Assembly (NCBI RefSeq): GCF_006345805.1
Contig: NC_042999.1
Span: 133,052,001-133,116,000 of the forward strand
Source of the DNA: Octopus sinensis
Lineage: Eukaryota
DNA length: 64,000 nt
Reading direction: 5' to 3'
Positions 62,721 through 64,000 of the stretch are shown one piece after another (the stretch's first letter is position 1; each line of letters starts with the position of its first letter). Below the pieces are notes generated by a model. The model saw nothing but the letters and a program-made list of their open reading frames with translations, ran no database searches and was not told the origin of the DNA. Both the position numbers and the translations under genes were made by a program.

Positions 62721-63348
62721 GTGTGTGTGTGTGTATGTGTGTGTATACAAACATACATACATACATGTATATGTGTGTGTATAGTGAACAGCTACTGTAT
62801 GCATACAGTAAAAGTTAACTGTAGTTGTGCATATATATATATATATATATATACATACACACAGCCACTCAATGAAATGGATCTTCGCTGTGTTCGACAA
62901 TGTATATATAGTCGCGCAATTAACTACCTTCTCATTATCTTCTCACCGGATTAGCATATATGTGGTTGAGTATTTCGCGAACATGTGTTCCTTCAAAGTA
63001 ATCTTAATGCAGAATCAGAATGACGCACAATGCGAAAGAGCTTGAACTTTGAATTAAAAGTACAGTCCATAGGCAGGCTTCCACACAATTTCCGTCACTA
63101 CCCAATTTCATTCACACGAGTTACATCGACCCGAGAGAATGATAAAAAAAGTCACTCGTCCAAACTTTCATGCATATGAACCCGTGAACTCATGATTGTG
63201 AAATGGGTTTCTTAAGTGTTCAGCAATGCTGCTTCCGTTCGTATATCAACATGTGTGCATAAATGTGTGTTTACACTATATACACCATTACTCAGTATAC
63301 ATACATGTATACTTAAATACATACACACACACATATATGTATGCGTTA

Positions 63349-63393
<45 letters not shown>

Positions 63394-63589
63394 ATACATA
63401 TATGTATTGTGAATATTGAGTAATATATATATATATATTCACACACATAAATACGAAAACAGGAATTTATGTATAAAAATGTAATAATAATATGAATGAT
63501 AATCTATATTAACACGAAGTCAGGAGATTGCTGCCTAGAGATGTCAGGTTCAATTAGGGTATGCATACAGTAGCAGTTCCCTATGATTA

Positions 63590-63694
<105 letters not shown>

Positions 63695-64000
63695 GAGAAA
63701 TCCCTTATGTTAATCTCTCAGTTCATCTAATCTATCTATCTAACTATCTAACTATCTATCTATTTATCTACTTATTCGGCAACATGACAGAATATGTCTC
63801 ATCACATTATATCGTTGTAGATTTAACCGTTTTGTCCTGCAATCTGAGTTAAATAATCCACATGGTGGCCGGCATAAGATGACATAGGAGCTGATTTATT
63901 AAATATATCAATAAACCACGTCATTTTAATAAGAAACAGTAAAATAGAGGATATTTTGGCGGATATTCCTGATTTCATCAGTTCTCCATAACAACTTTCC

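Overview
AT-rich, microsatellite-saturated animal genomic DNA. The SINE families look octopus/coleoid-type (recognised from memory, not database-checked). I found no host protein-coding gene, rRNA, intact tRNA or CRISPR array that I can support; almost all ORF-track entries are translations of (TA)n, (CA)n, (CATA)n or triplet tracts. The window is probably intronic or intergenic. It holds decayed mobile DNA: two Penelope-like fragments (one with GIY-YIG), six R4/Dong-type RLE-LINE fragments all on the minus strand, CRE-like and RTE-like LINE scraps, three Tc1/mariner relics (including a full-length DD37D copy) plus MITEs, a Helentron/HINE-like element and at least four tRNA-derived SINE families. 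The most notable observations are: (1) about nine hammerhead-ribozyme-like motifs in several short repeat families, five with C instead of U at core position 4, including a palindrome carrying one hammerhead on each strand (61515-61684); (2) four fold-back inverted duplications tied to (TA)n tracts, one a 2.2-kb rearrangement that can be rebuilt with three template switches; (3) a 6-kb head-to-tail stack of TAA-associated retroelements, plus a second LINE group associated with (CATA)n; (4) an HDV-ribozyme-like pseudoknot relic at 60431-60543; (5) a 58-bp motif repeated 33 kb apart, and a separate TGATNNAT site cluster. All alignments and folds were done by eye, and repeat boundaries are approximate (about +/-20 bp) unless a motif is quoted.
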